64,000 nt of DNA, taken from contig CALHVV010000066.1 of NCBI GenBank assembly GCA_938036915.1, positions 240 through 64,239 on the forward strand, given 5' to 3'. Below the pieces are notes generated by a model. That model was not told the DNA's origin and made no database searches. It saw nothing but the letters and a program-made list of their open reading frames with translations. Source of the stretch: an uncultured Candidatus Saccharibacteria bacterium (GTDB lineage: Bacteria > Patescibacteriota > Saccharimonadia > Saccharimonadales > Saccharimonadaceae). A program made the position numbers and the translations under genes. Positions 18,983 through 28,816 of the stretch are shown here, in pieces (positions within the stretch are counted from its first letter, which is position 1; every line of letters starts with the position of its first letter).

Positions 18983-19930
18983 ATGAAAACAATCACCATT
19001 CTTATCCCTGCCTACAACGAAGCAGCTGTCTTGCCACAGCTGTTTGCCCGGCTCGAGGCGCTACAGCGCAGTGTTGATCGCCGGCGCTACCAGTTCGAAT
19101 TCTTATTTATTAATGACGGCAGCCAGGATCACACGCTCGAGCTCATCCAAATCGAGCAGCAGCACAACCCTGCCATTGCCTACCTCAATCTCTCGCGCAA
19201 CTTTGGCAAAGAAGCTGCTATGCTTGCTGGCTTCGACCACGCCGCGGGTGATGCTGTCGTGGTAATTGATGCCGACCTACAAGACCCACCAGAGCTGATC
19301 CCGCAGATGATCGAGCTGTGGGAACAGGGGTATGATGATGTGTATGCACGGCGCCGAAGCCGCTCCGGCGAGACCTGGCTCAAGAAAAAAACTGCCGCTT
19401 GGTACTACCGCCTCCTCCAGAGTACGACGCATATTCCTGTTCAGATCGACACGGGTGACTTCCGCTTACTGAGCAAGCGCTGCGTCACTGCCATCACCCA
19501 GCTGCGCGAATCTCAGCGCAATACCAAAGCGATCTTTAGTTGGGTGGGTTACAAAAAGAAGGAAATCCTCTACGACCGCGACCCACGGGCTGCTGGTAGC
19601 ATCAAACAAAGTCCGCGCACGCTCATCAACCTGGCTATTGACGGCATCACGAGCTTTACAACCGCGCCACTGCGTATCTCGGCCGTGCTGGGCTTCCTTA
19701 TCGCCTTCTTGGCCTCTATCTATATCCTCTATCTGCTTATCCGACCACTGTTTGGTGTGCCAACTGGTGCAGGCTATTCGTCGCTCATGGCAGTGATTCT
19801 CTTCCTTGGTGGAGTACAGCTGCTGAGCCTGGGAGTGATTGGCGAATATATCGCCCGAATTTTTAGCGAAACAAAGCAGCGCCCACCTTATCTCGTTGAG
19901 GAACATCGTGAGGCTCGTCATCGCAAATAA
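18983..19930 (+). CDS. polyprenol-phosphate glycosyltransferase (GtrB/YkcC-like GT2)
   Basis: IPAYNE, INDGSQD, LSRNFGKEAAM, DADLQDPPE, two C-terminal TMs, GEYIARI. Confidence 0.92.
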   Translation: MKTITILIPAYNEAAVLPQLFARLEALQRSVDRRRYQFEFLFINDGSQDHTLELIQIEQQHNPAIAYLNLSRNFGKEAAMLAGFDHAAGDAVVVIDADLQDPPELIPQMIELWEQGYDDVYARRRSRSGETWLKKKTAAWYYRLLQSTTHIPVQIDTGDFRLLSKRCVTAITQLRESQRNTKAIFSWVGYKKKEILYDRDPRAAGSIKQSPRTLINLAIDGITSFTTAPLRISAVLGFLIAFLASIYILYLLIRPLFGVPTGAGYSSLMAVILFLGGVQLLSLGVIGEYIARIFSETKQRPPYLVEEHREARHRK

Positions 19931-20330
19931 CAGAGGTAAATTGCTGCGGTTTGCGCTCGTTGGTGGGATTAATACAGTAATTGATATTGGCTTACTCTTT
20001 GGACTCACCACACTTGGCCTGCCAAAGCTTGCGGCTAATACGGTGTCAACAGGCCTGGCCTTTATTTTTAGTTTTTTTGCCAATAAGTCGTATACCTTTC
20101 GCGCCCAGGGTAATGTGCGTCGGCAGCTGGTCTTGTTTGTCGTCGTCACTCTGGCGGGCTTGTGGGGGCTGCAAAATGCGGTTATTTTCTGCATCTCGCC
20201 CATCTTGACCTCTGTTATCCATACTGAGCCGCTTGTGTTGCTGCTTGCAAAAATCATTGCCACCAGTGCATCGTTGGTGTGGAATTATTGTTTGTATGAT
20301 CGTGTTGTTTTTCGAACAACAGAGAGATAA
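19908..20330 (+). CDS. GtrA family flippase
   Basis: RFALVGGINTVID, FSFFANKSYTF, WNYCLY; GTG start after GAGGA. Confidence 0.88.
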   Translation: MRLVIANNRGKLLRFALVGGINTVIDIGLLFGLTTLGLPKLAANTVSTGLAFIFSFFANKSYTFRAQGNVRRQLVLFVVVTLAGLWGLQNAVIFCISPILTSVIHTEPLVLLLAKIIATSASLVWNYCLYDRVVFRTTER

Positions 20331-20393
20331 TGTTTCGCTAAATATACGGTTTTTAAACAGTACATTTACAAACTCACTATACACTCATACCTA

Positions 20394-20915
20394 TTATTGA
20401 CGCTGATAATCATCCGCCACCCGCACAATATCATCCTCTGTTGATGGGTGCGCTGGGTTGGTGTGCTGCCAGAGCTCAGCAATGATCGTTGGGTGCTGAG
20501 CGTCACCACAAGCACGGTGACGCTCCCCTGCCGCCAGCCTTACGATATCGCCTGCCTGAGCTGGCGTTGGCTGGGCTGGTAGCTCGTCGCTCATGTTGCA
20601 ATAGTACGCACCAGCGGTCAGAAAACGCCACAGCTCCGCCCGCCGATGATGATATTGCCAGCTCAGGCGCGCCCCTGGCCGGACAAAAAGAATCTTAGGA
20701 CTGAGCGGCGCATGAGCATTGTCCTTAGCTATTACTTCCGATGCCGCAAAGAAATCCACCGCAAACTGCTCTGCCTGCGCCGGGTCAATACAGATAAAAC
20801 CACCCCATGGCCGCTGGCTATCTACCCCAGTAATGTGGTAGCCGGCCTGGCGGAGAACGCGCTCGATTTGCGCCACGCTTGTCTGAGCTGCTATGTGCTG
20901 CAGTAATTCCATCAT
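20394..20915 (-). CDS. cupin, mannose-6-phosphate isomerase type II C-terminal-like
   Basis: RPWGGF, LSWQYHHRRAELW, GERHR, EDDIVRVADDY. Confidence 0.85.
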   Translation of the reverse strand: MMELLQHIAAQTSVAQIERVLRQAGYHITGVDSQRPWGGFICIDPAQAEQFAVDFFAASEVIAKDNAHAPLSPKILFVRPGARLSWQYHHRRAELWRFLTAGAYYCNMSDELPAQPTPAQAGDIVRLAAGERHRACGDAQHPTIIAELWQHTNPAHPSTEDDIVRVADDYQRQ

Positions 20916-21030
20916 ATTACGATAATATGAGTATTATAACACTTTTATGCAGAGTTGAGTTATTATTATCCGCCTTGACATACCCTCGCTCATCTGGCGC
21001 TTTTGGTGCAGGAGCTGTATACTAGAGGGT

Positions 21031-22134
21031 ATGAGTTCTCATATTGCAATCGACGCCCGCGTGATCAATTCTGGCACGGGCACATATGTCGTGAAGCTGC
21101 TTGAGCAGCTGGAGCGGCTTGATACAACCAACCGCTATAGTATCCTCGTTCCTACCAAGGACCGCGACTACTGGCAGCCACACAACCCTAACTTCACTAT
21201 CCGTACGGTCGACTTTGCCAACTATTCGCTAGCAGAGCAACTTGGCTTCCGGCACTACCTAGATGAGCTAGGGCCCGACTTAGTACATTTTTGTATGCCG
21301 CAGCAACCGGTTTTTTACAGAGGTAAGCATGTCACAACGGTGCACGATATGACCCTCCTTAAGACGTATAATTCCGATAAAAATTGGCTCGTGTTTCATC
21401 TTAAGCAATTGGTAGGGCGCTGGGTGTTTCGGCGGATTGCCCGTACCAGCGAACACATCATCACTATTTCTCAGACGACTAAGCAGGAATACCAGGACTT
21501 TACCAAGATCCCCGATAGCAAAATCTCGGTCATCTACGAGGCAGGCGAGGTGCATCCTGGGCAGCTCACGCCATATATCGACCTTCCCTTCAAGCGGTTC
21601 ATTATCTACGTTGGGCAGCAGCCTGATTATAAAAATCTGCGTCGCCTCGCGGCCGCACACCAGCAGCTGCTGAGTCGCTGGCCAGACCTTGGTCTGGTAT
21701 TTGTAGGGCGAATGAACGAAGACACCAAGCGCAACCAAGCCTACTACCAGCAGCAGGGCTATCGCAATATTCACTTCACTGGGTTCATCCCCGACGGGCA
21801 GCGTGATTGGCTGCTTAACAAGGCCGAGGCATACGTCTTTCCATCCCTCATGGAAGGGTTTGGCTTGCCACCACTCGAGACAATGGCGTATGGCACAACC
21901 CCTGTTATATCGAGCAATACCTCGTGTATGCCCGAGATTTTGGGCGATGCTGCCGAGTACTTCGACCCACTCGACGTTGATGCCATTGCGAGCGCAATTG
22001 ACCGCGTCCTCAGCCAGCCAGCCCGCCGTCGCGAGCTTATCGTCAAAGGCAAAGCCCAAGCTGCCCGCTACTCGTGGGAACGCTGCGGCAAGGAAACGTT
22101 GGCGGTGTATGAGCAAGCGTTGCGGCAATCATAA
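21031..22134 (+). CDS. glycosyltransferase family 4
   Basis: IDAR...GTGTY, TVHD, KN, FPSLMEGFGLPPLETMA. Confidence 0.92.
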   Translation: MSSHIAIDARVINSGTGTYVVKLLEQLERLDTTNRYSILVPTKDRDYWQPHNPNFTIRTVDFANYSLAEQLGFRHYLDELGPDLVHFCMPQQPVFYRGKHVTTVHDMTLLKTYNSDKNWLVFHLKQLVGRWVFRRIARTSEHIITISQTTKQEYQDFTKIPDSKISVIYEAGEVHPGQLTPYIDLPFKRFIIYVGQQPDYKNLRRLAAAHQQLLSRWPDLGLVFVGRMNEDTKRNQAYYQQQGYRNIHFTGFIPDGQRDWLLNKAEAYVFPSLMEGFGLPPLETMAYGTTPVISSNTSCMPEILGDAAEYFDPLDVDAIASAIDRVLSQPARRRELIVKGKAQAARYSWERCGKETLAVYEQALRQS

Positions 22135-22352
22135 TCAGTCTATTTATAGCCAGTTTGAGTGATTGTGATACCAGAATCGTAAAGTCTCATTTACCTTAGT
22201 GTGAGTCTATTCTCTCTTGCCTTGTATAAGTTGTAGTTGTCATTTATAACAATACTTTATCTCTGCTCTGTATCGCGTTCTATTAAAAACAGTGGAGTGA
22301 GCACAAGAATTAGCACGCCGCTACGAAGTAGTTATTTTGATATTATTATTGC

Positions 22353-22382
22353 AAAAATAACCGGCCATCACTGACCGGTTAT
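22353..22382 (-). terminator. terminator-like hairpin downstream of jag
   Basis: ATAACCGG...CCGGTTAT with an A-run on the left side (U-tract on the minus strand). Confidence 0.55.
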
Positions 22383-22404
22383 AAGATGTATCTTAGCGTA
22401 GCTT

Positions 22405-22869
22405 TTACTCAGCCTCTTCCAGCTGGATGATCACATGGCGCTCGCGGCCTTCGCCTTCGGAGATGGTCGTGATACCAGCTGCGTCGGCAGCAACTTGGTG
22501 GACGATGCGTCGATCGGCTGGGTTGAGGTGAGCGGTGTAGGGCTCACCAGTTGCACGCACGCGCTCGATCCAGCCCCGCGCTTTGTCGGCAATTTTTTCC
22601 TCATGCTGCTTTTTATAATCAGCAATATCAACACTCACACGCACTACCGCGGCATTTTGCGCCCGCAACGCCGATGAGACGATATATTGCAGCGCCCGCA
22701 ACGTCTCTGCCCCGCGGCCAATCAAGATACTATTAATATCCGACGACTCTACCCGAAGTGTCATTACCTCGCCATCGTCATCACCCGATACCGCAATATT
22801 TTCGCCAAAAAATGAGATGATGTTCTGGAGATATTCTCGGGCAAATGTTACTGATTGGTATCGATCCAT
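22405..22869 (-). CDS. jag: Jag/EloR (KhpB)-like RNA-binding protein, KH + R3H, lacking Jag_N
   Basis: LIGRGAETLRALQ, DRRIVH, SEGEGRERHV; downstream of yidC. Confidence 0.88.
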   Translation of the reverse strand: MDRYQSVTFAREYLQNIISFFGENIAVSGDDDGEVMTLRVESSDINSILIGRGAETLRALQYIVSSALRAQNAAVVRVSVDIADYKKQHEEKIADKARGWIERVRATGEPYTAHLNPADRRIVHQVAADAAGITTISEGEGRERHVIIQLEEAE

Positions 22870-22886
22870 CGGGTTCTCCTCCTCTG

Positions 22887-23807
22887 TTATTCTTTGGCTT
22901 TGATGCGTGTGATGTTGGCTTCTGTAGCCGCTTTGGCGCGCTTTTTCGTCGTTTTTTTCTTGGCAGGCGTTGTAATATCTACTTCATCAGCAATTGCTTC
23001 AAGTTCTTGCTTATCTTTACGGAGGAGATATGACTGCTGCGCTACTGCTACTAGGTTAGATGCCGTATAGTAGAGCGCCAACGCCCCTGGCAAGCCCATC
23101 ATGATCATAAACATCATCACTGGCATAAACTTCGCCATATTGCGCATCATTGCGGCGTTCATCTCGGCGGGGTCGGCTTCTTTGCCAGCAGCCGTCTCCT
23201 TCATGATATCGCGGAAACGTTTAGTGCTCTTGCCAGTTGGCATGGTCTGCTTAGTCATCACATACTGGGTGAGAGCTGAGATGATTGCGAGAGCGAGAAG
23301 CGGCCAGACAATACCATCCTTGCCAAGCGCTACCTTAGTGAGGTCGATAAAGCCGAGCATAGTGTGGTTGAACTGCTCAGGGTGGTTGATGATGGTCTTG
23401 ATGGCATCGATATTCTTGAGCGGCTCGTAGATGTAGCGCGCCACTTGGTCGCGGTGGAGCGAGATGATCATGATCACCTGGTAGAGGCCGATAAAGATCG
23501 GAATCTGAATAAAGAGCAATAGAATCGAGCGAAATGGCTTGATACCGTACTTTTTATACAGCTCCATCTGCTGCATCGCTTCTACTTGACGGTTGCCATT
23601 AGCCGCTTTCTTGATCTTGGCCAGTTCAGGCTGCATCTTGCGCATTTGTTTGCTCTGGTGGAGCTGCCGCTTGAGTAGTGGGTAGAGCAAGAAGCGGATG
23701 ATAACCGTGAAGAGAATCACCGCCACGCCAAAGTCACCACCAGGGATGATACTATAGATGAGCAAAAGTGCGTTAAAAATGGGCTGTAAAATTATTGTCT
23801 CAAACAT
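22887..23807 (-). CDS. yidC: membrane protein insertase YidC
   Basis: FGVAVILFTVIIRFLLYPL, QPEL, LFIQIPIF, PGALALYY; ATG 23807 with GGAG RBS. Confidence 0.95.
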   Translation of the reverse strand: MFETIILQPIFNALLLIYSIIPGGDFGVAVILFTVIIRFLLYPLLKRQLHQSKQMRKMQPELAKIKKAANGNRQVEAMQQMELYKKYGIKPFRSILLLFIQIPIFIGLYQVIMIISLHRDQVARYIYEPLKNIDAIKTIINHPEQFNHTMLGFIDLTKVALGKDGIVWPLLALAIISALTQYVMTKQTMPTGKSTKRFRDIMKETAAGKEADPAEMNAAMMRNMAKFMPVMMFMIMMGLPGALALYYTASNLVAVAQQSYLLRKDKQELEAIADEVDITTPAKKKTTKKRAKAATEANITRIKAKE

Positions 23808-24119
23808 ATTGACTCCGATTACTGCATTTATTGTATCATAGGTGGCCACGGAAGATGAATTGTGGCGAAGTATTTTTTGGAAATCAATCGTTGATATATG
23901 CGATACACTACTGCCAATACTACATATAAGAGTATTTATAACCTTAGAAAAGAACACTCACCCAGCTTACCCTTCATTGGTATAGAATGATAAGAAAAGA
24001 ATTTTTTATAAATATTTTGAGTTCTAGCCTCCACTGTTTATACAGAACTATTTGTCACTGATTTGACTCAAAGTACTATGAAATAGGTCGCGCAAAGAAG
24101 ACTGAAAGGTTATAAAGTG

Positions 24120-24506
24120 CTAGTCTATCTTTTCTCTTTCATCACTTGGCGTTGCCTCGTCAGGGCAAATACCAGCTCGCACAAGCAGATTTGTCACTAC
24201 CAGCACTAGCTCATCGTGCGGTGTGACAAGCACCTCGCTTGAGGTAATGATGAGCGCAACGTCATACACCCCTGTAAAGTGCGGTACGTGCTGGCGCAGA
24301 ATCTCGTAGATACGGCGACGAATGCGGTTGCGCCCTACCGCAGATTTGTGCACCTTTTTGCTCACCACGACGGCAATTCGCGGCATACGCCGGCGGCGAT
24401 TGGCAACGTACTTGACGGTCAGCAAGCGTGATCGCTCGGCACTCGCATGGCGATACAAATAGCGTAGCCCACCATAGCCATGAAACCGATATCGTTGCTG
24501 TAACAT
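24120..24506 (-). CDS. rnpA: ribonuclease P protein
   Basis: VVSKKVHKSAVGRNRIRRR motif; start at 24506. Confidence 0.95.
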   Translation of the reverse strand: MLQQRYRFHGYGGLRYLYRHASAERSRLLTVKYVANRRRRMPRIAVVVSKKVHKSAVGRNRIRRRIYEILRQHVPHFTGVYDVALIITSSEVLVTPHDELVLVVTNLLVRAGICPDEATPSDEREKID

Positions 24507-24542
24507 AGCTGTATTATAGCAAATCTGCCCGCAAACAGAGAT

Positions 24543-24572
24543 AAAATAACCCACCAAGCAGTGGGTTATTTT
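24543..24572. terminator. bidirectional terminator between rpmH and rnpA
   Basis: AAAATAACCCAC-caagca-GTGGGTTATTTT perfect 12-bp stem. Confidence 0.75.
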
Positions 24573-24593
24573 CGTCATTTTGCTATCGTCACA

Positions 24594-24734
24594 CTACGAG
24601 AGTGCGAGGCGAGCGCGGCCCTTGGCGCGGCGGCGCTTGAGCACATTGCGGCCTGCCTTGGTGGCAATCCGTGCCCGAAACCCGTGCGTCCGAGCGCGAT
24701 GACGAGTGTGTGGTTGGTGAGTTCGTTTTGGCAT
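24594..24734 (-). CDS. rpmH: 50S ribosomal protein L34 (not in ORF track)
   Basis: Hand translation: [46 protein letters not shown]. Confidence 0.97.
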   Translation of the reverse strand: MPKRTHQPHTRHRARTHGFRARIATKAGRNVLKRRRAKGRARLALS

Positions 24735-24836
24735 ATCATTGCTATTATACGCGATTGCCTCAGATCTTTCAACTTTTCACTCGCTTGGTGGATTTTGTGC
24801 TTCGATTAGCCTCCACCATAAGCATAGCCAAATTGT

Positions 24837-24961
24837 TTATCCACATTTGTTCGCGAGTTATCCACACTTTAACAGAGGTAATACATTTTTGTGGAAAAAC
24901 TCCACCCCTGTTGCTCTTTTCGGGTTTACCCCGTTGTTGTATTTCTCACGGTTGTGGAAAA
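24837..24961. promoter_or_regulatory. DnaA-box cluster upstream of dnaA (oriC part 1 / dnaA autoregulation)
   Basis: TTATCCACA at 24837 and 24858; TGTGGAAAA at 24890 and 24953. Confidence 0.88.
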
Positions 24962-25021
24962 GTCGGTTTTTTCTTATACTAAAAGAGTCATTGTATAACA
25001 AACAAGGAGTAGCAAAAGCCA

Positions 25022-26422
25022 GTGTACCACAGTCTGTGGAAGAGTGTTTTGGGTGAAATTGAAGTGTCGATACCGAGCGGTGTTTTTTCGACGTGGTTTG
25101 CCAATACCGAGATGCTCAGCAACAAAGATGGGGTGATTACTATTGGCGTGGCGAATATCTTTGCGATTCGCCAGTTTGAGGTGCGCTATGATAGCATCGT
25201 CAAAGAAGCGCTCCAGCACAGTGGTGTGGAGGTGTCGCGCATCGCCTACGTGGTAAACAAACAAGGCAAAAAACGCACTGTGATTAGCCGCGAAACCACT
25301 GGCCAGCCAGCCGACCGCGTCGAGGAACGAGCGGCGGCGCTCATTAGCAAGCCAACTACCTCATCACACTCTAGCTCTAGCTCTAGCTCTGGCTCTACCA
25401 CACCAGCAACCAGCCTCAATGCGCGCTATACCTTCCAGAATTTCATTGTCGGCTCGAGCAACGACCTCGCCTACACCGCCTGCCAAGCGGTCGCACATAG
25501 CCCTGGCACCAAATATAATCCCCTCTTCATCTACGGTGGCGTCGGTCTCGGTAAGACGCACCTCATCCAAGCGGTGGGTAACGAGATCCTTGCGCGCAAC
25601 CCAAGCAAGAAGGTCGCCTATCTGAGCTCGGAGACGTTTGTCAAAGAGTTTATCGAGTCGATCCGTTTTAAAAAGGCGGGCTTTTCTGACCGGTATCGCA
25701 ATGTTGATGTACTAATCGTCGACGACATGCAATTTATTGCTGGGCGCGAAAAGACTCAGGAGGAGTTCTTCCATACCTTCAATGCCCTCCATCAAGCCAA
25801 CAAGCAAATTATCATCGGTAGCGACAAGCCACCACACAGCATCCCTACCCTGACGGAGCGCTTGCGCAGTCGCTTTGAATGGGGGATGGCGATCGATATC
25901 CAGATGCCAGACTTCGAGACGCGCTGTGCGATCGTCGAGACCAAGGCAAGCTTCGCTGGCGTAACGCTTGAGCGCGACACGGTGGAATACCTTGCCAAGA
26001 ACGTCAAGACAAACATCCGCGAGCTCGAGGGTGCGCTCAACCAGCTCCTTGCCTATGCCGAAATGCGCGGCGTCGCCCCTGATGTGATGACAGCAGAGGG
26101 TCTGCTTGGTAATGTCCGGCGCAGTCGCCCTCAGCATCTCACCGCCAAGCAGATTATTGACAAGACTGCCCGCCATTTCCAGATCGACAGCAAAGAAATC
26201 TGTGGTGCTAAGCGGGCTAAGCATATCGTCGTACCACGGCAAATTGCCATGTACTTGCTGCGCAGCGAGCTCCACATGAGCTTTCCACAAATTGCCAATG
26301 AGCTGGGCCGCAAAGACCATACAACTGCCATCCATTCAGTCGAAAAAATCGAAAAATCCATTAAGCTCGACTATCTCATCCGTGAGCAGGTCGCTGACAT
26401 CCGGGATAAGCTCTATGCCTAA
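25022..26422 (+). CDS. dnaA: chromosomal replication initiator
   Basis: YNPLFIYGGVGLGKTHL, LIVDDMQF, QEEFFHTFN, RQIAMYL, KDHTTAIHS. Confidence 0.99.
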   Translation: MYHSLWKSVLGEIEVSIPSGVFSTWFANTEMLSNKDGVITIGVANIFAIRQFEVRYDSIVKEALQHSGVEVSRIAYVVNKQGKKRTVISRETTGQPADRVEERAAALISKPTTSSHSSSSSSSGSTTPATSLNARYTFQNFIVGSSNDLAYTACQAVAHSPGTKYNPLFIYGGVGLGKTHLIQAVGNEILARNPSKKVAYLSSETFVKEFIESIRFKKAGFSDRYRNVDVLIVDDMQFIAGREKTQEEFFHTFNALHQANKQIIIGSDKPPHSIPTLTERLRSRFEWGMAIDIQMPDFETRCAIVETKASFAGVTLERDTVEYLAKNVKTNIRELEGALNQLLAYAEMRGVAPDVMTAEGLLGNVRRSRPQHLTAKQIIDKTARHFQIDSKEICGAKRAKHIVVPRQIAMYLLRSELHMSFPQIANELGRKDHTTAIHSVEKIEKSIKLDYLIREQVADIRDKLYA

Positions 26423-26704
26423 GCCATGTGTTTTTTTCGCGGCACCTGTGGAAAAGCCGTGTATAGTGAGCCGTATAACCCGCGGACAGCTCGTGGGTAG
26501 TCATCCACAGCATCAAAAGCACACCATACGAAAGCCTTACTGGCTGGTGGATAACCCCTGCTTCTCCCCGATTTATCCACGCCAGCGATCGCAGCGTTTT
26601 ACACAAGTAGTGGGCAGGTCGTACCTCTGTTATTCATCATGGTTTCCACAGTATCCACAGCACCTATTACTAGATTAATCAGATAAAAAGAAAGGATTGT
26701 TGAT
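26423..26704. promoter_or_regulatory. oriC unwinding region (dnaA-dnaN intergenic)
   Basis: DnaA-box variants at 26447, 26501, 26546, 26573; tandem GTTTCCACA-GTATCCACA 26642-26659, then GCAC, CTA-TTA-CTA and an AT-rich stretch. Confidence 0.88.
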
Positions 26705-27805
26705 ATGAAACTGTCTGTCACACAAGAAAATCTTGCCCGGGCGCTCGGGGTTGTCGGGCGAGTTGCGAGCAACCGAGCTGGCCTGCCAATCTTAAATAAT
26801 ATACTATTCCGTACTGAGGGTAATCGCCTTCTCTTGGCTGCGACCAACCTAGAGATCGCCGCGACCTACTATATTGGTGCAAAGGTAGAGACGCCGGGGG
26901 TGATTACCCTACCAGCCAAGCTCGTGAGCGAATTTGTGGCGAATTTGCCGAAGGGGCCAATCGAGCTTGAGACCGATGGCACGCGTATGACACTGACGTC
27001 TGGCGGGTATACTTCGACGATCAATGGCGTGGTGGCAGATGACTTTCCGGAGCTACCGACGATTGATGAAGAACAATCGGTGCGCTATAGCATTGCTGCT
27101 ACGGACTTCAAGCAAGCGGCAGCGCAAACCTTGGTGACGTGTAGTAATGATACGACTCGGCCTGTTTTGACTGGTGTGTATTGGCATACAGTGGATGGTG
27201 CGCTGTATATGGCGGCGACGGATGGCTATCGCCTGGCTGAGCGGCGTTTGATGACAAGCCAGAGCCAGATTGCAGCCATTGTGCCAGCGAGCAGTTTGCA
27301 GGAAGCGCTACGCTCGCTTAGTGATAGCACGGAAGAAGTGGAAGTGCTCTTTGATGAGACGCAGGTGCGCTTTCGGTTAGAGGAAGTGGAGATTACCAGC
27401 CGCCTAATTGATGGCACCTACCCAAATTATCGGCAGCTCATCCCTGCTCAATCAGAGACAAACGTGACGCTTGCAGTAGGCGATTTCTCGCGCGTAGTAA
27501 AGGTGGCAGGGCTCTTTGCGCGTGAGTCTGGCGGCAGTGTCACACTCACCGCCGACCATGAGGCGCAGAAATTACGGATTCACTCCGTTGCGTCCGAGCT
27601 GGGCGAGAATACCTCCGAGGCGGAAGCTGAGGTGTCGAGTGATGGGCAGATTACGCTCAATTCGCGGTACATTAGTGATGCACTGGGTGTTCTCGATGGC
27701 GAGACGATCACCTTCCGCTTCAGTGGCAAGCTCTCACCCTGCGTCTTGACGGCTGCTCAGCCCGAGCCAAACTACATTCATATTATTATGCCGCTGAAGA
27801 GCTAG
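26705..27805 (+). CDS. dnaN: DNA polymerase III beta clamp
   Basis: LPILNNILF, ATNLE, RPVLTGV, ATDGYRLA, SRLIDGTYPNY, IIMPL. Confidence 0.98.
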   Translation: MKLSVTQENLARALGVVGRVASNRAGLPILNNILFRTEGNRLLLAATNLEIAATYYIGAKVETPGVITLPAKLVSEFVANLPKGPIELETDGTRMTLTSGGYTSTINGVVADDFPELPTIDEEQSVRYSIAATDFKQAAAQTLVTCSNDTTRPVLTGVYWHTVDGALYMAATDGYRLAERRLMTSQSQIAAIVPASSLQEALRSLSDSTEEVEVLFDETQVRFRLEEVEITSRLIDGTYPNYRQLIPAQSETNVTLAVGDFSRVVKVAGLFARESGGSVTLTADHEAQKLRIHSVASELGENTSEAEAEVSSDGQITLNSRYISDALGVLDGETITFRFSGKLSPCVLTAAQPEPNYIHIIMPLKS

Positions 27806-27807
27806 CG

Positions 27808-28806
27808 ATGAAGATAACACGGCTAGCAGTGCAGCATGTGCGAATCCATACGCTCAAGACGCTCGACCTTGAGCCAGGTACGACGCTGATTTCTGGCCCA
27901 AACGGCTCTGGCAAGACATCGCTTATCGAGGCGATCCATATCGCGCTGCGTGGGACGTCCTTTCGTGGTAGTGACGAATCGGTCTGCCAGCATGAACAAA
28001 AAAGTTATACAATTGATCTTGTGACGGATGAGCAACACTACCGCGTCCAGTACGATCGCCGACATGAGACGAAGCGCAAGCGTTTTATCGTTGATGGCAC
28101 AACCTATGGTCGCCTTCCATATGCCAAAAAATACCCGATCGTCCTCTTCGAGCCAGATACGCTGCGAATTATCACTGGCTCGCCGCAGCGCCGGCGTGAT
28201 TTTCTCGATACACTCATCCAGCAATATGATGCACACTATAGCCATGAGCTGAGCCGCTACCACCGAGCACTGCAACAACGTAATAAATTACTGAAAGACC
28301 CTGCTCTTAGCGAGGCGACACTTTTCTCGTGGAATCTTATGTTGAGCCAGTATGGCGCATCAATCATTGCCAAGCGCCAGCGGGTACTGCGCTATCTCAC
28401 TGAGAAAAGTAGTGCTATGTACCAAAGTATTGCAGGCGTGGCGGATAGCGTTGCGCTGCACTACTCGGAGGAGCGCAGTATGACCGCGCAGCAGCTTCTC
28501 GCCGAGTATGAGCAAAAAACAGCGTATGATACAGTGGTTGGTGCGACGAGTGTTGGGCCACACCGGCATGATATCACGGTGCTGTTTCGAGGTAATCCGG
28601 CGGCCAAGACTGCATCGCGGGGTGAAATTCGCACCATTGTGCTTGCCCTTAAATTTCTCGAAGCAGCCTATATTCAACAGCAAACAGGCCAAGCACCACT
28701 TATTCTACTCGACGATGTCTTTGGCGAGCTCGACCAACAGCGCCAACAGCGTCTCCTCAGCGAATTCGTCGATAACCAGATTGTGATGACGAGTGCGGTG
28801 GGATAG
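27808..28806 (+). CDS. recF: DNA replication/repair protein RecF
   Basis: GPNGSGKTSLIEAI, GSPQRRRDFLD, GPHRHD, ASRGE, LILLDDVFGELD. Confidence 0.95.
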   Translation: MKITRLAVQHVRIHTLKTLDLEPGTTLISGPNGSGKTSLIEAIHIALRGTSFRGSDESVCQHEQKSYTIDLVTDEQHYRVQYDRRHETKRKRFIVDGTTYGRLPYAKKYPIVLFEPDTLRIITGSPQRRRDFLDTLIQQYDAHYSHELSRYHRALQQRNKLLKDPALSEATLFSWNLMLSQYGASIIAKRQRVLRYLTEKSSAMYQSIAGVADSVALHYSEERSMTAQQLLAEYEQKTAYDTVVGATSVGPHRHDITVLFRGNPAAKTASRGEIRTIVLALKFLEAAYIQQQTGQAPLILLDDVFGELDQQRQQRLLSEFVDNQIVMTSAVG

Positions 28807-28816
28807 ATTCTCTACC

